64,000 bases of DNA from Candidatus Micrarchaeota archaeon (lineage in GTDB: Archaea > Micrarchaeota > Micrarchaeia > Micrarchaeales > CABMGC01), in contig JAJZNA010000009.1 of the NCBI GenBank assembly GCA_021848065.1, positions 3,271 through 67,270 on the forward strand. The letters run 5' to 3'. This document shows, piece by piece, positions 9,134 to 17,316 of this stretch. Each line of letters begins with the position of its first letter. Position 1 is the stretch's first letter. The translations under genes and the position numbers were made by a program. The notes under the pieces are model-generated. The model saw only the letters and a list, made by a program, of their open reading frames with translations, was not told the DNA's origin and did not search any database.

Positions 9134-9625
9134 ATGGTAGACATAGTGGGTCCTGAAGGCAATATACTATATAAGGTCACCAAAGGGGAAGCCCACGCCA
9201 AGGGTCTGCTGCATAAGACTGTGATAGGCGAGGTCATTGACGGGTCTGGCAATGTCGTGCTCATAATGCCTGCCAGCCATAAGCAGGACTATGGGAAGTA
9301 TGTTTCAGCTGTAGGCGGTCACGTGCGCTCAGGCGAATCCGAACTAGATGCCCTGCGCCGCGAGGCATCAGAAGAGATAGGGACAGGGTTCACGGATCAT
9401 AAGCTTATCGGCAGGTTCGTGTTCAATAGGTTTGTGCTGAACCGGCATGAGAACCACCTATTCTGCGTGTACAAGATCTCATGCAGCGGGGACATGCACC
9501 TGGGCAACGAGGCAGAAAGCTTCAGAAGGTTCAGCCGTAACGAACTTGGCTCTCTCATCTCAGGAGATCGCGGCATGTTCGGTGACAGCTACCTTGCAAT
9601 AGTTGACAAGTTGCATGTGGCCTGA
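9134..9625 (+). CDS. NUDIX hydrolase
   Basis: Nudix box GGHVRSGESELDALRREASEEIG. Start placed at the in-frame ATG 9134 (or GTG 9113) after the nop5 stop. The upstream part of the 9002 ORF is a Gly/Arg-rich shadow of the nop5 tail. Confidence 0.8.
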   Translation: MVDIVGPEGNILYKVTKGEAHAKGLLHKTVIGEVIDGSGNVVLIMPASHKQDYGKYVSAVGGHVRSGESELDALRREASEEIGTGFTDHKLIGRFVFNRFVLNRHENHLFCVYKISCSGDMHLGNEAESFRRFSRNELGSLISGDRGMFGDSYLAIVDKLHVA

Positions 9626-9748
9626 CCACCGCCGTATCCGCTCTGCGCACAATCGCATTTGCATTAAACCAGGTAAATGCCGTGTTCTGCCAACCTTTAT
9701 ATATGTTTTAGAACAGAGTTATACTGGTCATCGATTAGGGTGTATAAT

Positions 9749-11701
9749 GTGGGAAATGAAACCAACAATAATGCAGTGACTATTGTAACAAGTGCAAAGA
9801 CAGAAGATTATTCAGCGAATCCTTTACTTGCCCCGTATCACAGGGCGATAGAAGAAATGGAGAAGATGCCTGTTCTTGAAAAGACCAAGACAGTGTGTCC
9901 GGAATGCAAGCTCATAGTCGATGGGACCATATACAAGGACGGAGACAACGTCATGATAAGGAAGCACTGCGAAGACCATGGCTGGACTGTGGAGAAGTAC
10001 TGGGAAGACTATGACATGTACATAAAGATGAAGAATTACAATTATTACGGGAGGGGATTCGATAACCCTAACTATATAAACAAGGGGGAGAACTGCCCGT
10101 TCGACTGCGGTATCTGTGAAAGGCACAAGTCACACACAGGTCTTGCCAATGTCGTAATAACGAACAGGTGCCACCTCTCATGCTGGTACTGCTTCTTCTA
10201 CGCAAAGGAGGGTGAGGCAATATACGAGCCTACCCGCGATGAGATAGACCATATATTCAGCGTTCTGAGGACCCAGAAGCCAATAGCTGCCAACGCGCTC
10301 CAGATAACTGGAGGAGAGCCTACCATGCGCTCTGATCTTGTTGACATAGTGGCCATGGCAAAGAAGCAGGGCTTCGACCAGATACAGCTCAATACAACTG
10401 GAATAAACCTTGGCGCAAATCCAAAGCTCGCCATGAAGCTCAGGCATGCCGGAGTGAGCTGCCTATACATGAGCTTCGACGGCGTATCCAAGAGGTCAAA
10501 CCCAAAGAACCACTGGGAAGTGCCTGCAACGCTCGATGCGTGCAGGAAGGCTAATCTTGGAATAGTTCTCGTTCCTACTGTCATAAGGACGATAAACGAC
10601 CACGAACTAGGAGACATAGTCAATTTCGCACTTAACAACACCGATGTCATCAAGGCGGTCAACTTCCAACCTGTTTCTCTTGTAGGCAGGATGCCTTCAA
10701 GGCTCAGGGAGAAGCAGCGCATATCCATACCAGGCGCAATAAAGCTCATAGAGCAGCAGACCGGCGGAGTTGTGGCCAAGGAGGACTGGTTCTCAGTGCC
10801 TTATGTTGGTGGAATAAACAAGTTCATAGAGGCCCTTACCGGGGAGTACAAGTACGACATGTCCATACACTTCGCTTGCGGAGCAGGCACATACGTCTTC
10901 CTAGACCCTGACGGCAAGGTGGTGCCAATAACCCGCTTCGTTGACGTTTCCGGACTGATGGAGCACCTCCAGAACGCGATAAGCGAGATGGATGGCAAGT
11001 CAAAGCTGCAGAGGAGGCTCATAGCCCTCAGGGCCCTCACCGGAATACGCAGGTACGTTGACAATGAGAAGCAGCCGAAGTCCGTAAACTTCACCAAGCT
11101 GATAACTTCTGTAGTTCTCAAGCACGACTTCGCCACAATGGGCAAGTTCCAGCTCAAGTCCCTCTTCCTGGGAATGATGCACTTCCAGGACGAGTATACA
11201 TACGACATTAAAAGAGTTGAGAAGTGCGATATCCACTACTCAATGCCAGACGGCCGTGTGCTTCCGTTCTGCACATTCAATGTCTTCCCAGAAGTCTACA
11301 GGGATAAGATACAGAGGCAGTACGCCATACCTTCAAAGGAATGGAAGAACATGCACAACGACTGGTCATATGGTGAGGACAAGTATGTCAGGAATGTCAA
11401 GGAGATAGAGGCCACGGACATGTACAAGAAGTCCTACGGCAACATGATAAACTACTTCACTCTCCCTGTAAACCTGGCAGAAGCCCAGGCTATGGCCAGG
11501 TCAAGGGGAAGGCCGATAAATCCGGTATATGCACAGCAGCCTCAGGTACAGAAGGTAGTGGCTGCTGCCGCAGAGGCTCCAAAGCACGTCATGAAGACTC
11601 CTGAAGAGGATTCATGCGCATGCGGCAACTCGGGAGGCTGCGGATGCGGCTCTTCTGGCCAGTCTGAGAAGCATGGCGGATGCGGCTGTGGCAACTGCTA
11701 A
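9749..11701 (+). CDS. tes: Radical SAM tetraether lipid synthase (Tes / GDGT-MAS, MJ0619 family)
   Basis: N-terminal zinc ribbon CPEC...CEDHG, a CPFDCGIC cluster and the radical SAM motif CHLSCWYC. Downstream blocks LQITGGEPTMRSDL, YMSFDG, VLVPTV and VNFQPVS are collinear with MJ0619-type proteins. Start uncertain: GTG 9749 follows a GGGTG SD-like and a TATA at about 9696-9704; alternatives are 9677 and 9857. Confidence 0.8.
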   Translation: MGNETNNNAVTIVTSAKTEDYSANPLLAPYHRAIEEMEKMPVLEKTKTVCPECKLIVDGTIYKDGDNVMIRKHCEDHGWTVEKYWEDYDMYIKMKNYNYYGRGFDNPNYINKGENCPFDCGICERHKSHTGLANVVITNRCHLSCWYCFFYAKEGEAIYEPTRDEIDHIFSVLRTQKPIAANALQITGGEPTMRSDLVDIVAMAKKQGFDQIQLNTTGINLGANPKLAMKLRHAGVSCLYMSFDGVSKRSNPKNHWEVPATLDACRKANLGIVLVPTVIRTINDHELGDIVNFALNNTDVIKAVNFQPVSLVGRMPSRLREKQRISIPGAIKLIEQQTGGVVAKEDWFSVPYVGGINKFIEALTGEYKYDMSIHFACGAGTYVFLDPDGKVVPITRFVDVSGLMEHLQNAISEMDGKSKLQRRLIALRALTGIRRYVDNEKQPKSVNFTKLITSVVLKHDFATMGKFQLKSLFLGMMHFQDEYTYDIKRVEKCDIHYSMPDGRVLPFCTFNVFPEVYRDKIQRQYAIPSKEWKNMHNDWSYGEDKYVRNVKEIEATDMYKKSYGNMINYFTLPVNLAEAQAMARSRGRPINPVYAQQPQVQKVVAAAAEAPKHVMKTPEEDSCACGNSGGCGCGSSGQSEKHGGCGCGNC

Positions 11702-11784
11702 ACGTTCTAGGTGCACAGACGCATGTTCTGTGCACTTATTTATATGTCCTGCATGCCAAATAATGTTGCAATAAGGTAACTCAA

Positions 11785-12483
11785 ATGGACAGACGACAAA
11801 CCTCTCCTGAGGAGAGCGGATTCGTGAAGGACCTGAAGGAGGAAGATGACAGCGGGTATGACGATCATGTGGTATACAACGGCAAGTCTTACCGCGTGCC
11901 TTACAGGACAGTTAGGGAGATAAAGATAACGGGCGTGAGCAAGGAGCAGCTGCGTGACATAGAGCACTCTGCAAGGCTCCAGTACAGGCTTCTTCTGCTT
12001 GACTCTGTGCTCAAGGCCAAGGTCGAGTTCATAAGGGGAACCATAATAATAACCTACAATCCTGAGGACTCCAAGAACAGGAAGGAGAAGATAAGCCTTG
12101 AGGAGCTCATAGCGTTCCTTTCAAAGGAAGGCGTCTCTGTAGACAAGGGCAATATAACCTCAAGGGACGTCGACTATATCGAAGAGATATACAAGTACCA
12201 GTTCGAGCCCGAGAGCATAAGGGAGCATGCGCCTTATGGATACAGCCTTGAAGAGTGGAAACGCATGAAGCCTGAATGGGAGCGTAATAGCGCCAAAGCT
12301 AAGTCTGAAAAGGTTGAAAAATTCAAGAACTGGCAGGACGAGTACCTGGAGCAGCACCCAGAACTCGCGGCTGAGTACAATTATACGCCAAAGCCCAAGA
12401 AGGCCTCGATGATGGACAGGCTTCTTGGCAACAAGGGCGGCAAGAAGGAAAAGGATAAGGGCTTCTGGTTCCACGGTGCCTGA
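11785..12483 (+). CDS. Hypothetical protein (acidic N-terminus, HMA-like ferredoxin-fold segment without CxxC, Lys-rich C-terminus)
   Basis: 232-aa ORF directly downstream of tes on the same strand. The segment VLKAKVEFIRGTIIITYNPED...LEELIAFLSKEGVSV resembles an HMA fold. Confidence 0.5.
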   Translation: MDRRQTSPEESGFVKDLKEEDDSGYDDHVVYNGKSYRVPYRTVREIKITGVSKEQLRDIEHSARLQYRLLLLDSVLKAKVEFIRGTIIITYNPEDSKNRKEKISLEELIAFLSKEGVSVDKGNITSRDVDYIEEIYKYQFEPESIREHAPYGYSLEEWKRMKPEWERNSAKAKSEKVEKFKNWQDEYLEQHPELAAEYNYTPKPKKASMMDRLLGNKGGKKEKDKGFWFHGA

Positions 12484-12488
12484 AGGGC

Positions 12489-13865
12489 TCACTTCAGGGA
12501 GCCGAGGATGCTGTTTATCACGCCTCTCTTGTTTCTCTTGTCCCTTAGCTTAATGGTGCCTGCACATCTATGGCCACCACCGCCTTCGATGCCTTCGCCA
12601 TACCTTTCTTTCACTTCTGCTATTATGTCCAGCAGGCTCATATCCTTGCACAGCTCCTTGTCGAGCCTCATCAGGAGATATGCGCCTACGTGAACTATCA
12701 CCATAACCCTTCCGTGTCCAGAGGCAACTATCCTGTCCAGCAGCTTCGATGAGAACCTTCCCGGCAGCGGGTATTTGGATTCATCAGACCTCACATCCTC
12801 GAAGTCGAGCATGAAGATCTCAAAGTCCCTGCCTTTGTAGCGTCTCAGGGACTCTATTCCCGCATCCAGGACCTCTCCAAGGCGCATATTGGCATATCTC
12901 AGAAGTTCAGACCTTTTCTTCTCATTAGCGAATATGGCCTCGAACTCCTGGGGGGTCACGTTCATCCTTCCGCCACCCAATGCCATCCCTACATCGCTGG
13001 TTACCAGATCGAATATGATTGAGGCTTCATTCCCCCTTGCCCCAGTGTCTGCGTAGGTGCTATAGTCGCCTATGAACGATGCGTTCTCATACTCCTCCGT
13101 ATCTACTGCCGAGAACGTCTTGGAGAATGCGCTTGCAAGGAAGCCTGCAGTGTAGCTTGAGTCTCCGCCAAAGTTCCACGGGTTTATGTAATGCTCAAGC
13201 TCAGTGCCGCGGAATCCTTCAGTCATTGGGTGGTGGTCAAGCCATATGATATCAAACTTGCCCTTCGCTGACGAGATGCCAGAATTGCTCTCTGCCGCAG
13301 TGCCGAAATCTATTATGACCAGAAGAGGCTTCTCTATGGCGCTGTAGCCGTTTGTTGCAAGCATGTCGTTCTCCGCCTCCGCAGACGAGTATGCAACCCC
13401 CCTGTTCATCATCCACATTGTGTTTGGCGCAAAGCCTATCCTCTCGCCAAGCTCCTTGATTGAGAGGTAAAGGGAGTATGCTCCTCCAGAGCCGTCGGCA
13501 TCGTTATGGAACCTTATCACTATTGGCACTCCTAGAAGCAGTTTCCTTAGGAAAAGGCGTGCGGCCGATTCAAGCCTGCCCCACAGCCTCCCTGTTATGC
13601 TATCCAGCGGTTCCACCCCTTTGCGGTACACTTCGGCCCGCATTATCGAAGATATCTTCTTTCCAAGGGCCTCTTCAACAGATTTTGCAAGGTCAGTGCC
13701 AGAGGCCGGTTCCAATTCCGCAATGCCATCAAGCCTTACGCTGTCTCCAACAGAAAAAGATCTATTGCTCCTGAATTCCACGGACTTGAAGCCTCCTTCA
13801 ATCCCGGAAACAACAAATATTCCACCGCGTTCCCTGTGCCTTATGCAAGATATTATCCCTTCCAT
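12489..13865 (-). CDS. DHH/DHHA1 family phosphoesterase (archaeal RecJ-like)
   Basis: DHH motifs HNDADGSGG, IIDFG and WLDHH, plus the DHHA1 motif GGGHRCAG. Confidence 0.8.
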   Translation of the reverse strand: MEGIISCIRHRERGGIFVVSGIEGGFKSVEFRSNRSFSVGDSVRLDGIAELEPASGTDLAKSVEEALGKKISSIMRAEVYRKGVEPLDSITGRLWGRLESAARLFLRKLLLGVPIVIRFHNDADGSGGAYSLYLSIKELGERIGFAPNTMWMMNRGVAYSSAEAENDMLATNGYSAIEKPLLVIIDFGTAAESNSGISSAKGKFDIIWLDHHPMTEGFRGTELEHYINPWNFGGDSSYTAGFLASAFSKTFSAVDTEEYENASFIGDYSTYADTGARGNEASIIFDLVTSDVGMALGGGRMNVTPQEFEAIFANEKKRSELLRYANMRLGEVLDAGIESLRRYKGRDFEIFMLDFEDVRSDESKYPLPGRFSSKLLDRIVASGHGRVMVIVHVGAYLLMRLDKELCKDMSLLDIIAEVKERYGEGIEGGGGHRCAGTIKLRDKRNKRGVINSILGSLK

Positions 13866-13874
13866 CCGATGTTC

Positions 13875-14906
13875 TCAACCCGCTCCGGTGATATTGGCTA
13901 TGTAACCCCTTCCCACTGCCACCACGCACTGGCTGTTCAGGGTAGTATTGGCTATGTATCCGCAATAGCTGGTGCTATTGTATATCTGTGCTAGCGTGTA
14001 ATAGCATTGGTACGAGTAGGGCACAGGCAGCACTGTGCATGCGCTTGTGTTCCTCGCCGATACTGCCTTGAAGTAGTATATGGTGCTGTTGCAGAGCGCA
14101 GGGTCCGCCTGCTGCTGGCACAGGTTCATAAATTCTGTCAAGTTCAGCCCTGCTGTTGCATTGTACGAGACCGAGCTGAAGTGGCTTGCCGCCAGGTTGC
14201 ATAGCGGCCTGGTGGAGTTTGATGCAAAACCGCAGTAGCTTGAGTTTGAAGATATGTATGCCAGGGATGCGTAGCATCCGTCCCTGGCCCCGAACGTGAT
14301 GTTTGCTATCGAGGCGATGCTTAACACCTGCCCTACTCCGCTATATGCTGCTCCAGGGGAGAATCCCAGCATGCTGAATGCGGATAGCGTTATGTTGGTA
14401 TCGTTGTTGCTCGGCATCCTTGCGCAGTAGTTCTTGTCCTTGTGTATTACTGCCTGTGCCAGATACACCGCCGACACGCATGACAGCTTCCCCGTGCTGT
14501 TGGGGATGGTATAGCATGCATTTGCAATGCCCGTGCCTACCTCTATGCGGTCTATGCAGCTCTGCATCACCGACGGGCTGAGCCCTGCGCACAGTCCCGG
14601 ATTCGCCGTGGCATTGGCGATGAACGAGACGCACTCTTCAGATACATTCCTGTCCAAAGCAAGCCCACACGCCGTATCATTCTTTGTATTCTCGGCTATT
14701 GCAATATAGCACTGGCTGGAGTATTGCGCCGGCAGAGTGCTGCACATCGAGAGGTTTGAAGTGGTATAAGCCACCTGGCTTATGCAGTTGTAATTCTGGC
14801 TTGGGAATATGCTGCTGCACGTACCTGGCTTGTAAAGCCCAGTCCAAACGGTAGATACAATGGCTATGGCTACGAGTATCACTGTTATTGCAATGTAAAG
14901 CCTCAT
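13875..14906 (-). CDS. Signal-anchored extracellular Cys-rich repeat glycoprotein
   Basis: N-terminal TM (MRLYIAITVILVAIAIV) followed by about 10 repeats of roughly 25-26 aa, each carrying two Cys (C-x3-[IVL]A-x7-10-C-x9-10). Many NxS/T sequons. The ATG at 14906 is preferred over the TTG at 14954. Confidence 0.6.
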   Translation of the reverse strand: MRLYIAITVILVAIAIVSTVWTGLYKPGTCSSIFPSQNYNCISQVAYTTSNLSMCSTLPAQYSSQCYIAIAENTKNDTACGLALDRNVSEECVSFIANATANPGLCAGLSPSVMQSCIDRIEVGTGIANACYTIPNSTGKLSCVSAVYLAQAVIHKDKNYCARMPSNNDTNITLSAFSMLGFSPGAAYSGVGQVLSIASIANITFGARDGCYASLAYISSNSSYCGFASNSTRPLCNLAASHFSSVSYNATAGLNLTEFMNLCQQQADPALCNSTIYYFKAVSARNTSACTVLPVPYSYQCYYTLAQIYNSTSYCGYIANTTLNSQCVVAVGRGYIANITGAG

Positions 14907-15004
14907 CCTTTCGTTCTTCAGGTTGCCTTGTATCCTGTTTTCCGCTGCAGCCAAAAGATCTACCTGAAGATATGTGGCTGTCTAAATATATAATGATATA
15001 TGGG

Positions 15005-15772
15005 TCAGTCGCCTATGTTCTCTACCGATAGCACGTTAAACCCGTCGGGGGTTATCTCGTATGGCGCGGTGGTGAAGCTGTGCTTGTACCCCCTCATCTT
15101 GACTATCTCAAGTGCGCTTACCCTTTTCGCTTCCTCCCCGCTGAGATACATGACCATCATGCCATCGAATATGAAGTGTTCTGGCTTGAACACCAGCTTG
15201 GACCTATCAGGGCTCTGCAGCTCAGATGTGAGTATGGTTGTCACCCCAAGCCTCCTGAAGTTCGCCACAAGGGACCACATCGACTTCCTATACACCATGG
15301 GATCCTTTATGAGCAGCTCAAGGGCAGACGATGAATCTAGCACGGCCCTTGTCGCCTTCTTTGCGACTATCTGCCTTTCTATATCCGTTATTATCCTTCC
15401 GAACTCATAGCTTGCGTCATCGAACTTGTCCATTATGCCCTCGGTCATATCCCTTCCGTTGATCACAAGCTTGCCTTCGGCTATCAGCTCGTCTATATCG
15501 TCAAAATTTCCGAACGCGCTCTTCGCATTGTGTATTATCTTCTTCGGGTCCTCCTCGAAAGTGAAGAATATGCCCGGATTTCCCTCCTTCGCATTCCTGT
15601 AAAGGAATTCAAAAGCCAGAAGCGTCTTCCCCGCGCCAGGGCCTCCAGATAGGATTACCTGGTTCTCCTTGGGTATGCCTCCGAAAAGCATCGCATCCAA
15701 TCCCCCTATACCCGTCTTAACAAATTCAAGAGGCTCTCCCAAAATCCCACCACTATCTCTATTCCACCCCAC
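15005..15772 (-). CDS. KaiC-like / RecA-superfamily ATPase
   Basis: TGIGGLDAMLFGGIP followed by Walker A SGGPGAGKT and Walker B-like VLDS. The GTG start at 15772 abuts the TATA element, so the TTG at 15742 is a plausible true start. Confidence 0.8.
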   Translation of the reverse strand: MGWNRDSGGILGEPLEFVKTGIGGLDAMLFGGIPKENQVILSGGPGAGKTLLAFEFLYRNAKEGNPGIFFTFEEDPKKIIHNAKSAFGNFDDIDELIAEGKLVINGRDMTEGIMDKFDDASYEFGRIITDIERQIVAKKATRAVLDSSSALELLIKDPMVYRKSMWSLVANFRRLGVTTILTSELQSPDRSKLVFKPEHFIFDGMMVMYLSGEEAKRVSALEIVKMRGYKHSFTTAPYEITPDGFNVLSVENIGD

Positions 15773-15784
15773 TATATAAATTTA
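15773..15784. promoter_or_regulatory. Shared TATA-like element (tatataaattta) between divergent genes
   Basis: This is the only AT-rich element in the 15-bp gap between the annotated divergent starts at 15772 and 15788. Confidence 0.35.
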
Positions 15785-15787
15785 TGC

Positions 15788-16531
15788 ATGACTGACCAAT
15801 ATACATCAATATTGGTGGAGCACATGAAGCAGCTTACGATAATCGGCATAATCCTTCTGGTATTCTCAGTAATGCTAGTGTATGAGAGTTCGCTCCAGTT
15901 TGAGGGCAGCGTGTCAAACAGCGCGCTCCAGTCTGTTGTGGTGGGGCCACACGCTTCAGCAGCGATGCCTTTCCAGGTATCAAACGGCACTGCCGTGGGC
16001 ACTTTCTATTATGCCAACACCAGTAACCTTACCTACTATCTCCTTGACAGCCAGGCCTTTTCAGGAGTGTCAAGCATGCTAAACTCCACCGGGCTCCTAA
16101 CAGCGGCTTATGCCTACAATGGCATGGGTGCTTACGAGATCATTTACTCCAACTCCTCTGGAATATTCCCCAGCTCCTTGGGAAGGCTGCCTAAGGGCAG
16201 CTACTTCTACAATGGCACGTCAATATTCCCTAACGGCACATACTACAATGTATTCCAGAACTTCGGCAGCCAGAACACTCTTGTTTACTATTCCATAATA
16301 CAGAAGCCCCAGCTATCCACTACCAGCACCCTGTTCTCTTCAGGCGCATACGGCATACTTGCAGCGTTGCTGTTCCTTGCCGGAATAGGCATGATAGGCT
16401 ATTCTTTGCTTGCGCGCAGGGAGCCCAAGCAGGTGAGTGAGGCCGATGTCGATGCCCTGTACGCCTCGTACGATAATGGCGCACGCAAAGCCAGAAAGGG
16501 AGCCAGAAAGAAGCACGGCAAAGGGAAATAG
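15788..16531 (+). CDS. Membrane glycoprotein (N- and C-terminal TM helices), unknown function
   Basis: N-terminal TM LTIIGIILLVFSVMLV, an NxS/T-rich ectodomain, a C-terminal TM GILAALLFLAGIGMIGY and a basic tail. Alternative start at ATG 15824. Confidence 0.55.
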   Translation: MTDQYTSILVEHMKQLTIIGIILLVFSVMLVYESSLQFEGSVSNSALQSVVVGPHASAAMPFQVSNGTAVGTFYYANTSNLTYYLLDSQAFSGVSSMLNSTGLLTAAYAYNGMGAYEIIYSNSSGIFPSSLGRLPKGSYFYNGTSIFPNGTYYNVFQNFGSQNTLVYYSIIQKPQLSTTSTLFSSGAYGILAALLFLAGIGMIGYSLLARREPKQVSEADVDALYASYDNGARKARKGARKKHGKGK

Positions 16532-16556
16532 AATGCCTGCAATCTTGTGACATCCT

Positions 16557-16576
16557 CCCACCCTAAAGGGTGTGGG
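16557..16576 (+). repeat. Solo copy of the bulged-T hairpin found at both ends of the tnpB element
   Basis: CCCACCC-TAAAG-GG(T)GTGGG has the same outer stem and bulged T as the hairpins at 55251-55271 and 56510-56530, with compensatory inner-stem changes. Confidence 0.5.
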
Positions 16577-16618
16577 TTTTACGCCACAAATTATAAACCT
16601 TATCGGCAAGCTATATGC

Positions 16619-17308
16619 ATGGACACACTGCAGGAACGAATAGCAGGCGAGATAACCCTGTCCGACAGCCCCGGAAGCACGATGAAGAAATGGAGGGAGC
16701 TCTTCGGAATATCACAGGTAGAGCTTGCCAAGCATCTCAAGATATCCACTTCAACGATAAGCGATTATGAGGGAAACAGGCGCGCAAGCCCGGGAGTGGG
16801 CATAATAAAGCGCTTTGTTGCCGCGCTCTTCCTCCTGGATGAACAGAAGGGCGGAGAGGTCAGGCGGAACCTTGAAAAGTACAACCTGCCCCAGGAGAAC
16901 ACCCCTTTCTTCATGGTCCACGACTTCTCAGCGCCAATAAGCGGCACCGACTTCGCAAGGATAATCGAGGCCAAGATAGTATCAAACCCGAATTATCTGG
17001 ACACTATGAAGATATTCGGCTACACCCTTCTTGACAGCCTGCGTGTAATACTGGAAATATCCCCTAGCGAGTATCCCAAGCTTTTCGGCACCACCAATGA
17101 GAGGGCATTCGTCTTCGACCAGGTTAGCACTGGCAGATCGCCCATGGTCGTCATACGCGTCGCACCTATAAAGCCTAGGATAGTGGTGATACAGAACGTG
17201 GACAACCTGGACAAGCTTGCGATCAAGATATCACAGATAGAGAAGATACCTCTTCTGACAACAAAGCTTTCAACTGATGAGATAAAGGCAAGGCTCAGCA
17301 AGCTCTAG
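16619..17308 (+). CDS. XRE-type HTH transcriptional regulator with conserved archaeal C-terminal domain
   Basis: HTH segment WRELFGISQVELAKHLKISTSTISDYEGNRR. Start set at ATG 16619 (MDTLQER), downstream of the TATA-like ttataaa at about 16591. Confidence 0.65.
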   Translation: MDTLQERIAGEITLSDSPGSTMKKWRELFGISQVELAKHLKISTSTISDYEGNRRASPGVGIIKRFVAALFLLDEQKGGEVRRNLEKYNLPQENTPFFMVHDFSAPISGTDFARIIEAKIVSNPNYLDTMKIFGYTLLDSLRVILEISPSEYPKLFGTTNERAFVFDQVSTGRSPMVVIRVAPIKPRIVVIQNVDNLDKLAIKISQIEKIPLLTTKLSTDEIKARLSKL

Positions 17309-17316
17309 CAAACAAG

